Source: a virus
Strand: one strand, 5' to 3'
DNA: 64,000 nt
IMG/VR virus record: IMGVR_UViG_3300042197_003319
Span: 1-64,000 of that record
The position numbers were made by a program, and so were the translations under genes. The notes below the pieces were generated by a model. That model saw only the letters and a program-made list of their open reading frames with translations. It was not told the DNA's origin and searched no databases. Below, piece after piece: positions 1 to 8,522 of this stretch (within the stretch, counting starts at the first letter, position 1; the number at the start of each line of letters is the position of its first letter).

Positions 1-288
1 AGTGTTTGGGGTGGACACCCATCCCGAAAAAACAAGGCCTGTGTCTGGGCTGATCACTGGCACGACAACGGCATCTCCCGTAGAACTTCCGGCGCAGTCG
101 TAAATGACGTCTGTGGCAGACCCGTTGGCCTTTGACCCTGCGGCGCTAGCCGGGGGGAAAGACAAAGACCCGGAGTCTAAAATAATGTTCTGCGTTGGAG
201 ATGAAAGATACTGGGCAAACAAGTCCAGCATTTGCTGCGGGGTTCCGTAACATGTCTGCGGAGGTAGGGATCCTGAGATAAGGGCCAT
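1..288 (-). CDS. partial tail/structural protein, runs off the window start
   Basis: ATG at 288, immediately after the stop of the 290..1048 gene. Manually translated open frame MALISGSLPPQTCYGTPQQMLDLFAQYL... continues to base 1. Confidence 0.7.
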   Translation of the reverse strand, partial: MALISGSLPPQTCYGTPQQMLDLFAQYLSSPTQNIILDSGSLSFPPASAAGSKANGSATDVIYDCAGSSTGDAVVVPVISPDTGLVFSGWVSTPNT

Positions 289-289
289 A

Positions 290-1048
290 TCAGTATTTTA
301 TAATCCAATTGAAAAAAGCAAGAGGGGGTATGTTGGGATGCGGGTCGGCGGTTGCGCTTTGGGTTGAAAGCGTAAAGGAATAATTAAAGCCTAAGGCTCC
401 GGAACCGTTAAACTCACCGTTAGCGTAGTTGTTGCCGCCACTGCAGCGGTTACCGTTTTCGGTGCCTCCGCTAAAACCTCCGGTTACGCTGGAGACGGTA
501 TGGGTGTGCGGAATTGACGGAACCTGGCTATCGTTCAAAGTGTTAAACTCTGTCCCGCCCTTAGCCCCAAGATTAGATGCAAGATTCCCGCTTACTGAGC
601 CTGTAATTCTACCGGAAGAGACAGCTCCACCCATAGCCTCAAGCCCTTGGATTACCCTCCCACGCAAGTCAGGCAGGCCAAAAGTAGACCGGCCATCGCC
701 GGAGCCGTAATTGATTCCGATAACTGAAAACAGCCTAGAATAGACAACTCTCGAAAGATTTTGCTGCCCGAAGCAAAACAACCAGCCTGAAGGAGGGCCG
801 GATTGCTCATCCCTAGGCCAAGGCCAGATAGTGCCGGGAAGGTCAAAAGATATTTCGGCGTAGGAGGTCGCTTCAGCGGGGGACAGGGCAATGTTCGTGC
901 CTGCGTTAATTTTGGATACCCCTGGGACAGCCCCAGTAATATTTAAAGAATTTAAAGAGATGACCCGTGTTTGCCCGGCTGTAACCACTGGAAAAAACAC
1001 AGTTGTTTTGGTGGGATTGGCTACTTCTGGTAGGTATGTGATTCTCAT
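290..1048 (-). CDS. tail fibre protein with phage tail collar domain (paralogue 3)
   Basis: PSGWLFCFGQ..YSRLFSVIG..YG.GDG.STFGLPDLRGR collar motif; C-terminal HPNIPP..FNWIIK. Confidence 0.85.
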   Translation of the reverse strand: MRITYLPEVANPTKTTVFFPVVTAGQTRVISLNSLNITGAVPGVSKINAGTNIALSPAEATSYAEISFDLPGTIWPWPRDEQSGPPSGWLFCFGQQNLSRVVYSRLFSVIGINYGSGDGRSTFGLPDLRGRVIQGLEAMGGAVSSGRITGSVSGNLASNLGAKGGTEFNTLNDSQVPSIPHTHTVSSVTGGFSGGTENGNRCSGGNNYANGEFNGSGALGFNYSFTLSTQSATADPHPNIPPLAFFNWIIKY

Positions 1049-1836
1049 GTTTTTATGATGTACCTCAGTAAAAGAAAAGGCGGTAGATGAGGGTGCGACA
1101 CCGAAGAAGCCACAGCGCTTGCGTCGGAGGTTGGGCTGGAAACGGTAAGATTAAGGGTAACTGAACCTGGCCCGTTATCCGGGTGAGTTCCAATGTTCCA
1201 TTCCACGTTCCCTTGGTTGCCGCAATAACCGCTCCCGCTCCTCCCACCTGAAAATTTTTGCTCGTTAAACGTACCGCTTACAGTGTGGTTGTGGGAGCTA
1301 AGGGGGATCTGAGCGTTTGTGAGCTGATGACTTATAGTACCGGTAGTGCCGCCCAACACGTTCCGATTTGCCCCTGCCCAGGTCTGGGTCAAAACATTTG
1401 CGCTAGTTCCACCCATATTGTCTAAACCGCAAAGAGCTCTGCCGGCCGGATTTGGAAGATTAAAGGTCGAACCCGACCCACCGTATCTATAACCAAGAGC
1501 TGCGAAAAGATCAGAATAGGTGGTGGTAGACAAAGGGCTACCGTCACAAAATAGCCAACCTGATGGCGGAGTTCCGCCTTGCCCGGCATAAAGACACATC
1601 AATCCCGGACAATGAAAACTCACTGAGCCAGACACCGAGATAGGGTTTGAGGATGTCTTGATACCGCTACCGGCTGTAAGATTTTTAAAGGTACCGACAT
1701 CAAACAGTTGTTTAATTTGAAAGACGGATAGTTGCTTTGTGACGTAATTCCCCTGCTCCTGCTGGACACACGGGACCATTGTCGACAACGCAGGGGTGTC
1801 GGTATTAGTCAGGTCAGTGATCTTAAATGTGGCCAT
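1045..1836 (-). CDS. tail fibre protein with phage tail collar domain (paralogue 2)
   Basis: PSGWLFCDGS..YSDLFAALGYRYGGSGSTFNLPN; C-terminal HPHLPP..LRYIIKT. Confidence 0.85.
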   Translation of the reverse strand: MATFKITDLTNTDTPALSTMVPCVQQEQGNYVTKQLSVFQIKQLFDVGTFKNLTAGSGIKTSSNPISVSGSVSFHCPGLMCLYAGQGGTPPSGWLFCDGSPLSTTTYSDLFAALGYRYGGSGSTFNLPNPAGRALCGLDNMGGTSANVLTQTWAGANRNVLGGTTGTISHQLTNAQIPLSSHNHTVSGTFNEQKFSGGRSGSGYCGNQGNVEWNIGTHPDNGPGSVTLNLTVSSPTSDASAVASSVSHPHLPPFLLLRYIIKT

Positions 1837-1837
1837 A

Positions 1838-2668
1838 TTAGGTTTTAATTATGTAGGTTAGCACAATAAGGGGCGGCGTGTTGCTGTGAGGCTGGCTTGT
1901 TTGGGAGGAATTGCTGGTCCAGGAAGCGGCAGACGAAACAACATTACTGTTAGACATACTCACAGAACTTCCGTTTCCGGTTATGCTCCCTAAATTCCCA
2001 TAGTCACCGTAGCTACCTGGCGGGCTGCACTCCCCGTCAAACGTACAATAATTCCTTTGTCCGTAAACTGTCATGGTAGTCGTGCCAACAGGGGTGTGAG
2101 TATGAGAACGAATAGGAGCTTGGGCGGCAGTCAGGGACGTGTTTTCGGAGCCTCCGGTAGATCCGACAGTTTGATAATTCCCAGAAGCAAATTGGGCTCC
2201 GTTCAATGGACTGGCTGCCGAGGAGCTTGCCACAAAAGGAATCCTCCCACGTAAATCCGGAAGCACAAAGTTTGCAGGGTTGCCGGAAGAGCCAAATTGG
2301 TCCCCGACGACAGCGTAGAGCGCAGAATAGGTTATTTTTGAAACTTCTTCTCCGTTGCAATAGAGCCAACCAGAAGGAGGCTCTCCGTTCATTAGATAAG
2401 GAACAACGATACCTGGAAGAACAAACGAAAAGGTAAGCTCGCTTTGATTGGTGCTTACTTGAGTTTTGATCACGGAGATATTTGTACCGCCGGTAACACT
2501 GTTAGGGTTTAGGGTCCCGCCTCCGCAAAGACTTGTGAGGTTGCTTAAAAACGTCTTCCTGGTTATCCCGTTGATAACAATAGGCACAATCGAACTGTCA
2601 AGATCGTTTGGTCCGCTCGGCGTGTAAAGGCTAAGTCCGCCTGACGTTGGGCTAATTTTTACAGCCAT
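1838..2668 (-). CDS. tail fibre protein with phage tail collar domain (paralogue 1)
   Basis: PSGWLYCNG..YSALYAVVG..FVLPDLRGR; C-terminal HSNTPP..LTYIIKT. Confidence 0.85.
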   Translation of the reverse strand: MAVKISPTSGGLSLYTPSGPNDLDSSIVPIVINGITRKTFLSNLTSLCGGGTLNPNSVTGGTNISVIKTQVSTNQSELTFSFVLPGIVVPYLMNGEPPSGWLYCNGEEVSKITYSALYAVVGDQFGSSGNPANFVLPDLRGRIPFVASSSAASPLNGAQFASGNYQTVGSTGGSENTSLTAAQAPIRSHTHTPVGTTTMTVYGQRNYCTFDGECSPPGSYGDYGNLGSITGNGSSVSMSNSNVVSSAASWTSNSSQTSQPHSNTPPLIVLTYIIKT

Positions 2669-3124
2669 TTAATTAAGCTCCAAGAGCTCACCGGCCACCT
2701 GCAAGTAGCCAGAGCCTGTGTAGTTTTCGATCGCAAATATCTCGCCGTCTTCTGCCGCAAGGTAATCTTTAACGGCCGTTACGCCGACAACCAGATTGTC
2801 AAAATACCCTTGGTCGCAACCGCAAGTCAAAGCCTCGCAAGCAGGATAGATTTCTATGTAAAGCGTGAGAGTAAAACTCCCAAAGGCGTTGGTGGCTGTA
2901 AAGACGTACGGAGTTAGATCCTGCGTTTGGGTCGGTGTTCCGCTGATTAACCCTGTGTTGACATTAAGTGTGAGCCCAGGAGGTAGTGGGGGAGTTACGT
3001 TGTACGTGGCCAGTGTCGAGGTAGACAAAAACGTCAACTGAGGGCTTAAAGTCTGGATGGGGTCACCAACGACAAGTTCCAGGGTGGTAAGAGAGCTATA
3101 CGTATAGCCGATAATCTGGCTCAT
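2669..3124 (-). CDS. putative Ig-like (He_PIG) domain virion protein
   Basis: LPPGLTLNVNTGLISGTPT...TATNAFGS signature. Confidence 0.75.
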   Translation of the reverse strand: MSQIIGYTYSSLTTLELVVGDPIQTLSPQLTFLSTSTLATYNVTPPLPPGLTLNVNTGLISGTPTQTQDLTPYVFTATNAFGSFTLTLYIEIYPACEALTCGCDQGYFDNLVVGVTAVKDYLAAEDGEIFAIENYTGSGYLQVAGELLELN

Positions 3125-5775
3125 AAACAGGCTCCTCCGACAGGTTCAACAAGCTTGCTGGCGTGAAACATGATTTTGGTTAGAGAGAACTGACCTTCCC
3201 ATTCGTACCTAAATTGAAAATTGTGCCCAACCCTGGCCAAAGATCCGGTTGAGGTAACACAATCATTCCCAGGTGTCGGAAGGCGTAATTGTGAACGGTA
3301 CTGGTCTTTAAGGTTGAGCGGCTTGTAAACACCACAATCTTCAGAAGCCACCAGAACTGAAGGAGCTTCAAGAGCTACGTTTGAGATATCAGCCCCAAGA
3401 GTGACTGAGTTTGTAGCCGCATCTACAACCGCGTTAAAAAGTTTAAAGGTTACGAGGAACTCATTTGTTGACGACAAAGATAATTGAGAGACAGAAGCCC
3501 TTAAAAACTTATACGTCCCAGAAGTAAAAGTCCCATCAACTGCCGGTACCCACACCCAAAAAGCAGAGTTAATAGCAGCCTCAATAGAGGCCGCCGTTGG
3601 CGGCCAAGAAACAATCGGAGTATACCTCTCAGTCAAAGTGTCAAGATATCCACCGCTCTTGGGTTGAAGGGTTGTCGCAGCACCAGCTAGTAAGGTCCCG
3701 CTAGAGGTCAAAGTCGGAAGATGCCCTACTCTGGATGAGCTTGAGTTTTGAATACGTATACGAAAAGGTTTTTCATCTTTAAACGACAGCTTCCAGGTTG
3801 TCGCACGTTCAACGGTTTTTCCTGAAGCTCTGACAGTCTCAAACCCGGAGACCGATGTGGCTACAGCAACAGGACTTATACAAGACTCTAGTTCTGAGCA
3901 TGTGTCGAAGGTATGCCACGGGAACCAACACGGGTTTTCGTCCGGGCGAAAATACACATTAACCTTGGTGTCTCCGGACAGTTCACCGATCCACATATCC
4001 CCGCGCTCAAGCTTCTTAAGATTCCAGGGGGTATCAAAATCGTAAGCCCGCGTTTCCAGGGCAGCCTGGATTTTGCGTGCAGATTGGCCCAAGGGGTAAT
4101 CAAACAAAGCCCATGGATAGTTTTCCCAAAGCTGGTTGCTGTTGGATGCCGGATCGTAAGAAAATATGAAGCACCTGGGGAGTCGGTTCGTCACCCCGGT
4201 CAAAAGCTGAAGAGACTCGCAGCCAGTCCAAACGCCGTCAAATATGGCGGGCTGCTTTTCGCCAGATGTCCCAAGGCTGTTAAAATCCAAGACTCCGATG
4301 CCCTGAAAAGAGGTGGATCTGTATTTTAAAGATTCGGTGCCGATGTTTTCATAGTTTTCCCTTGGCGAAACGGTAAACAACAAACGGTTGTCGAAGTACA
4401 CGGCGGAAGAGGACTCCAGCAGCCCCTCAGTGTCAAAGTCCATGATCGCGTCCATTTCCGTGCTGATCGGGGTTACGTTGTACCCGTCTTGCTGGGCTCT
4501 GGCGTTACGGTAATTCCGAATGCCGTCTATGCTTCGAAAATACAGGTCGTTGTTGATTGGAATCAGGGTTCTGTCAGAAACGAGTCCTATGTTGGAAAGG
4601 GCGACACGCTGAAAAGCCGGGGTAGTCTTCCAGAGATCACGCGGCATAGAGACGTTAAATGAAGCTACGCCTTGCTCGCCAAATACAAGCAAGTCACCCT
4701 GCCCGGTTCCGGTGTCCATAACCGGCATAAAAGCCAGGCCTCTGATTTGGCCCATCTGGGCTGGGATCGAGAAAGCACCTCCTTCGGCTAGGTAAGTAGT
4801 CTCGATAAAACGCAACAAATCCGTATCGGCTCCGGCTGCCGCCTTCGTCACGTACCCGCCTACCCCACCTGCGGCAAGGCCGGTTGGAATAGAAAACTGA
4901 GTGGCGTTTGTGCCGTAAACTCTCCAAGTACCGTTGATATTTGGAGTTGCGCTGTGACCTGAAATTGAAACCACGTCACCAGAACTAAAGCCGTGGGGCA
5001 CAGTGCCCGTGCTGATTACTGCCTGGGCGCCGGCAAAAGAGGCGGCAATATTGAACTGCTCGGAAGAGCCGCCAAAAACAATATCGCCAGCGTAAAAAGA
5101 ATCTTTTGTGGGAGATGCAATAAACAACCTCCCCTGCCCGTAGGCCATGTATGTCCCGATGGGCATGGATGCCGAAAGCTGGTTATCCGCTCCTGGGTCT
5201 TGGGTGTTAGATCCTACGCCTGTCTGGAAAAGCCCATCTCCGTCCCAAACGACAGGCCTGTCGACACCGTTTTGGATAATTAAAAACTTTTCGGCCTGGC
5301 AAAAATAAACTTTTCTGGTCCCATCGATGCGAAACAGGCCATCAGCAAACACAGGCGGGTTAGGAACATAAATTGACTTATACGAAGTAAGCCCTGGGTT
5401 ATGCTTGATGTTAAGTCTGGCCACGTAGCCCTCGACGGGTCGGATACGGAACACGTACCCACCGGAGACAGCTATAATGCAGGATTTTGTTGGGTTAGAT
5501 TTGTTTACGTAGAAAAATGCCCCCTGGAAAAGATTCCCCGTTTTTTGCCCGTTCCAAACACCTGTTGCAAACAAGGCAAGAGAACCCGGATAATCGGGAT
5601 CGTCGGTTAAAAACACCTGTTGAAAGCCTGGCCTTGTTTTCGCCCTTCCACCTCGAAAAGTCACATTTATCGCAACGCGGACAGAATTAGGATCGGAGGC
5701 CATCGGAGACCTGGAAGAGTCCATTCCCCTGGTCCAATTATACTGCCCGTCATTGACAATTAAGGATTCGGCCAT
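3121..5775 (-). CDS. tail nozzle / tubular protein B-like structural protein
   Basis: 884 aa, beta-rich (YFCQAEKFLIIQNG, GRLFIA, YFDNRLLF); sits in the tail module; internal HGFSSGDVVSISG small beta domain. Confidence 0.6.
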   Translation of the reverse strand: MAESLIVNDGQYNWTRGMDSSRSPMASDPNSVRVAINVTFRGGRAKTRPGFQQVFLTDDPDYPGSLALFATGVWNGQKTGNLFQGAFFYVNKSNPTKSCIIAVSGGYVFRIRPVEGYVARLNIKHNPGLTSYKSIYVPNPPVFADGLFRIDGTRKVYFCQAEKFLIIQNGVDRPVVWDGDGLFQTGVGSNTQDPGADNQLSASMPIGTYMAYGQGRLFIASPTKDSFYAGDIVFGGSSEQFNIAASFAGAQAVISTGTVPHGFSSGDVVSISGHSATPNINGTWRVYGTNATQFSIPTGLAAGGVGGYVTKAAAGADTDLLRFIETTYLAEGGAFSIPAQMGQIRGLAFMPVMDTGTGQGDLLVFGEQGVASFNVSMPRDLWKTTPAFQRVALSNIGLVSDRTLIPINNDLYFRSIDGIRNYRNARAQQDGYNVTPISTEMDAIMDFDTEGLLESSSAVYFDNRLLFTVSPRENYENIGTESLKYRSTSFQGIGVLDFNSLGTSGEKQPAIFDGVWTGCESLQLLTGVTNRLPRCFIFSYDPASNSNQLWENYPWALFDYPLGQSARKIQAALETRAYDFDTPWNLKKLERGDMWIGELSGDTKVNVYFRPDENPCWFPWHTFDTCSELESCISPVAVATSVSGFETVRASGKTVERATTWKLSFKDEKPFRIRIQNSSSSRVGHLPTLTSSGTLLAGAATTLQPKSGGYLDTLTERYTPIVSWPPTAASIEAAINSAFWVWVPAVDGTFTSGTYKFLRASVSQLSLSSTNEFLVTFKLFNAVVDAATNSVTLGADISNVALEAPSVLVASEDCGVYKPLNLKDQYRSQLRLPTPGNDCVTSTGSLARVGHNFQFRYEWEGQFSLTKIMFHASKLVEPVGGACL

Positions 5776-5799
5776 TTGTCGTGTTTTCCGAGGTTCAGT

Positions 5800-6204
5800 C
5801 TAACCTCTTTTGCAACTCCGCAAGACGTCCCAGTTGTCTCTCCACTCGCAGTTAGGGGCAAAGTAGACAGATTGGGTACGGGGGAGTTTTTCGAAAGGGA
5901 CAACAAAAACGGCATTTAGCTTGGTGTGGTAAAACACAAACGCGTCAACCACGCCTTTACCGTATGGCTTTTTTGTGTTGGTCTGGTGAAACCCAGACCC
6001 ACGAAGGGCAAAGAATTTCAGCTTTGAACGCCGGGAGTCTTCGTACCCTGAAGTCGTCTTTACCTGGATACGTTTGAGGGTCCCCCGATAGTCCGTGATC
6101 AAATCGTACCCCTGGTCGTAAATAGGCTGACTTACCAGAAAACCCTGCTCCAAAAGAACAGAGGTCACCTTGCAGACGCCGATCGCCCCAAGAGCCTGAC
6201 TCAT
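5800..6204 (-). CDS. free-standing PD-(D/E)XK endonuclease (group I intron-associated-like family)
   Basis: G..G..V...L..QGF.VS.P..D..YDLI.D....LKRIQVKT pattern. Confidence 0.75.
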   Translation of the reverse strand: MSQALGAIGVCKVTSVLLEQGFLVSQPIYDQGYDLITDYRGTLKRIQVKTTSGYEDSRRSKLKFFALRGSGFHQTNTKKPYGKGVVDAFVFYHTKLNAVFVVPFEKLPRTQSVYFAPNCEWRDNWDVLRSCKRG

Positions 6205-6731
6205 AGCCAGTCCTTCCCAAGAACGTTGACGGCGAGACGGCGCCGACGATAAACCCCATCCCCGTCGCGGCTTCCGCCACCGTTGGTATTGCCTTCAATC
6301 GTCACAAGCCAATCCCCCTCGTTCTTTTCCACAATGCCAACGTGCGCCACCCGGCCCATCGAGTTGAACCAGACCCCGAACACATCGGCTGGTTTGAGCG
6401 GAACTCCCCTTCTCTGCCGGTCCCAACTCGGTTTAGCCACAAAGACGGGAGACCAAGCCGAGCGAGGGTAGGGGTTGAATATCGAGGCGCCGAAGGCCTT
6501 GTCCCCCACCCAGACAATGAATGCCGCGCACCATGGCGCCTTGGTGCCTTCAAGCTTTACGGATGCGAGGATCTCGTCCACCACGGCCCCGTCGTTTCGA
6601 CCCGTGGCCTCCTTGATACCGATGGATCTACGGGCCTGTTCGACGACGAGAAGCCTCTGCGCCTCAACTCCTGGGCCAGCCAGAGCGTGGGAAAGAAACG
6701 CAAGATAAAGCGCAACATAGGCTATTTGCAT
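6201..6731 (-). CDS. CHAP/NlpC-like peptidoglycan hydrolase (endolysin) with N-terminal signal peptide
   Basis: PWCAAF (Cys), AHVGIV (His), TIEGNT. Start reassigned to ATG 6731 (MQIAYVALYLAFLSHALA). Confidence 0.8.
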   Translation of the reverse strand: MQIAYVALYLAFLSHALAGPGVEAQRLLVVEQARRSIGIKEATGRNDGAVVDEILASVKLEGTKAPWCAAFIVWVGDKAFGASIFNPYPRSAWSPVFVAKPSWDRQRRGVPLKPADVFGVWFNSMGRVAHVGIVEKNEGDWLVTIEGNTNGGGSRDGDGVYRRRRLAVNVLGKDWL

Positions 6732-7063
6732 GACAAGATGGCGGCTAGAAGCAACAGCCCGAAAACCGAGACAAACACCATTAGGCGCGTCCTCGGGCAA
6801 GCCTCCTTCCAGTCGTCCTTGAGAACCCCCCGGTCGACGTAGCGGTCGAGCATCTTCCAATCCAACTGAAGAACGCTCCACGCCAAAAAAGTGCAGAAAA
6901 GAAAACGGACAGCCCCAAAGACCAAAACGTGAAGGCTACCCAAATCAACAACCCCGGCAGTTGTGTCAAACCCCTGGAGGATGGGGCCAAGCAGAAAGAA
7001 AATGATGGTAGCGACCCCTAGAGCCGCCAATCCCTGCAAATTGGAGCGCAGCCAGCGGATCAC
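6722..7063 (-). CDS. three-TM membrane protein, holin candidate
   Basis: Three hydrophobic segments; GTG start overlaps the upstream stop (GTGA); lies directly before the endolysin. Confidence 0.55.
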   Translation of the reverse strand: MIRWLRSNLQGLAALGVATIIFFLLGPILQGFDTTAGVVDLGSLHVLVFGAVRFLFCTFLAWSVLQLDWKMLDRYVDRGVLKDDWKEACPRTRLMVFVSVFGLLLLAAILSCK

Positions 7064-7458
7064 CAGGGTATCCCAATAAACTTCCTGACCAGCCAAAGAA
7101 GAGGTCCGCGAGCAGCAAATAAGACGGCCACAAGCAGGGCCCCTCGCCAGAACCAAAGTTCTTTAAGTGCTTTGCGCTGTTTGGCCTTCCAGTACTCGGC
7201 TTTAGCCAGGGCCTCGTTGCGCTCTTTGACAGCTTGCTCAAGCTGTTCGGTATTGGTCAGACACAGCTCCTTGGCGGACATAAGCTGCTTGCGAGCCTCG
7301 TCGAGATGCTTGCGGGTCACGGGATCGGCAGTCTGATAGGCCTGATCCAGGCGCGACTCGGCTACGGAAAAATCAGGGCTACCCTTGTAAGTTGTCGAAC
7401 AGCCAGAGAAAAAAAGACAGGCTACCAGTAATATGACGCCCATGGCTGATTTTGACAT
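7060..7458 (-). CDS. lipoprotein with coiled coil and C-terminal TM, spanin candidate
   Basis: Lipobox FSGC after a hydrophobic N-terminus; helical middle; C-terminal GALLVAVLFAARGPLLWLV; lysis cassette context. Confidence 0.55.
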   Translation of the reverse strand: MSKSAMGVILLVACLFFSGCSTTYKGSPDFSVAESRLDQAYQTADPVTRKHLDEARKQLMSAKELCLTNTEQLEQAVKERNEALAKAEYWKAKQRKALKELWFWRGALLVAVLFAARGPLLWLVRKFIGIPW

Positions 7459-7479
7459 ATTTCTGTCAATCAGCAAGCT

Positions 7480-7713
7480 TTATGGTTGCCCGGATACTTT
7501 TGACCAGACCCAAGACCAAACAATCGAAACACAGAACCCAATGGCTGCGGCCCAGCCGAAAGCGATATTCATATGCTTCTCGACCGAACGAAGACGTTCG
7601 TCGTGCCCGGTAAGATGCGCGTCATGCTTGCGGAGCATTTCCGCAAGACCGTCCAACTTGGCGTCAATTCCCGCCAGTCTTGCGACGATTTCGCTTACTT
7701 CCTTTCGAGGCAT
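7480..7713 (-). CDS. small coiled-coil protein with C-terminal TM (XhlA/holin-like)
   Basis: ERLRSVEK coiled coil followed by one TM helix; lysis context. Confidence 0.5.
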   Translation of the reverse strand: MPRKEVSEIVARLAGIDAKLDGLAEMLRKHDAHLTGHDERLRSVEKHMNIAFGWAAAIGFCVSIVWSWVWSKVSGQP

Positions 7714-7948
7714 TGAGTTTCTCCAGCTTGGCTATTTTCTTGTTTATCCTGTCGCGGACAGCTTCCGGGTTAAGCCGGAACCCGCAGACACGGAAAAGGT
7801 TTTCGGATACGTCAAAAAACTCCCTAAAATGCTCCGGAGAAAAAGCCCATTCAGGCTTGCGCTTTGCCTTGCAGGGGGAGACTGCCAGATTCAAGTCGGC
7901 AACAGCCTGTTCGGCTATTGCTGCGACCAGATCAAGCCATCCCCTCAT
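7664..7948 (-). CDS. hypothetical protein
   Basis: Frame MRGWLDLVAAIAEQAVADL... packed between its neighbours. Confidence 0.45.
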   Translation of the reverse strand: MRGWLDLVAAIAEQAVADLNLAVSPCKAKRKPEWAFSPEHFREFFDVSENLFRVCGFRLNPEAVRDRINKKIAKLEKLNASKGSKRNRRKTGGN

Positions 7949-8228
7949 TTGCAGACAAACCCCGCTCGACGGCGTTTTCGAAAGAAACAGCGTTCTGCTC
8001 CGGTGATTTTTGGGGAGCAGATCTGACTTCGTGGCCTTCAATCGCCTCAAGAATCATCTGTCCGTCCTTGTACTGGACACGGCAGACAGCCTCAAAGGAT
8101 TGGCCTGGTTGAACACCTTCCGGAGGGACAAAGCCGCTAGGGATTGGAAACACGACCAAGCCGGAAACTTGCTGGGTTTTTTCAGCCAGTTCAGAAGCAG
8201 GTTGTGACATCCCCTGGTTGCCTAACAT
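7932..8228 (-). CDS. hypothetical virion-module protein
   Basis: AGGAG RBS, 98 aa. Confidence 0.6.
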   Translation of the reverse strand: MLGNQGMSQPASELAEKTQQVSGLVVFPIPSGFVPPEGVQPGQSFEAVCRVQYKDGQMILEAIEGHEVRSAPQKSPEQNAVSFENAVERGLSANEGMA

Positions 8229-8244
8229 GGGTTCTCCTGAGTTA

Positions 8245-8277
8245 GGAAACCCCCGGGGGATTAACCCCGGGGGCTCC
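8245..8277 (-). terminator. GC-rich hairpin after the capsid-associated genes
   Basis: Minus-strand GC-rich stem with a TTAAT loop and a weak U tail. Confidence 0.45.
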
Positions 8278-8284
8278 GTTAAGT

Positions 8285-8503
8285 TTAGACGTTCAGGTTA
8301 CGCAACAGAGCAAGGATGGTGTTGACCTTGGTCGCAATCTGAGTCGAAGTGGCTGTGGCAGGGTCTGCAAGAGCAGCCAAGTCAGACACAGTCGCCAGAG
8401 TGCTTCCAGAGGTGCCCCACTCCGGCCCGTTGTTTAAAACGGACCGAAGCTCGGCAGCCAACACGTTATCCTGCGTCGTCGACGATTTGGAAAAGACAGC
8501 CAT
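8285..8503 (-). CDS. small capsid-associated (head fibre/decoration-like) protein
   Basis: Follows the major capsid gene; strong RBS; ATKVNTILALLR C-terminal helix. Confidence 0.55.
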   Translation of the reverse strand: MAVFSKSSTTQDNVLAAELRSVLNNGPEWGTSGSTLATVSDLAALADPATATSTQIATKVNTILALLRNLNV

Positions 8504-8522
8504 TGTAGGTCTCCTTTCCTAA

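Noticed and set aside
290-2668. Diversity-generating retroelement or invertible tail cassette
   Set aside because: No reverse transcriptase, TR/VR pair or invertase seen; the paralogues are old and highly diverged.
5776-6204. Group I intron around the PD-(D/E)XK nuclease
   Set aside because: No interrupted host gene and no room for an intron core.
6732-6881. N-terminal extension of the endolysin ORF in the track
   Set aside because: Overlaps the holin-like gene; ATG 6731 gives a clean signal peptide.
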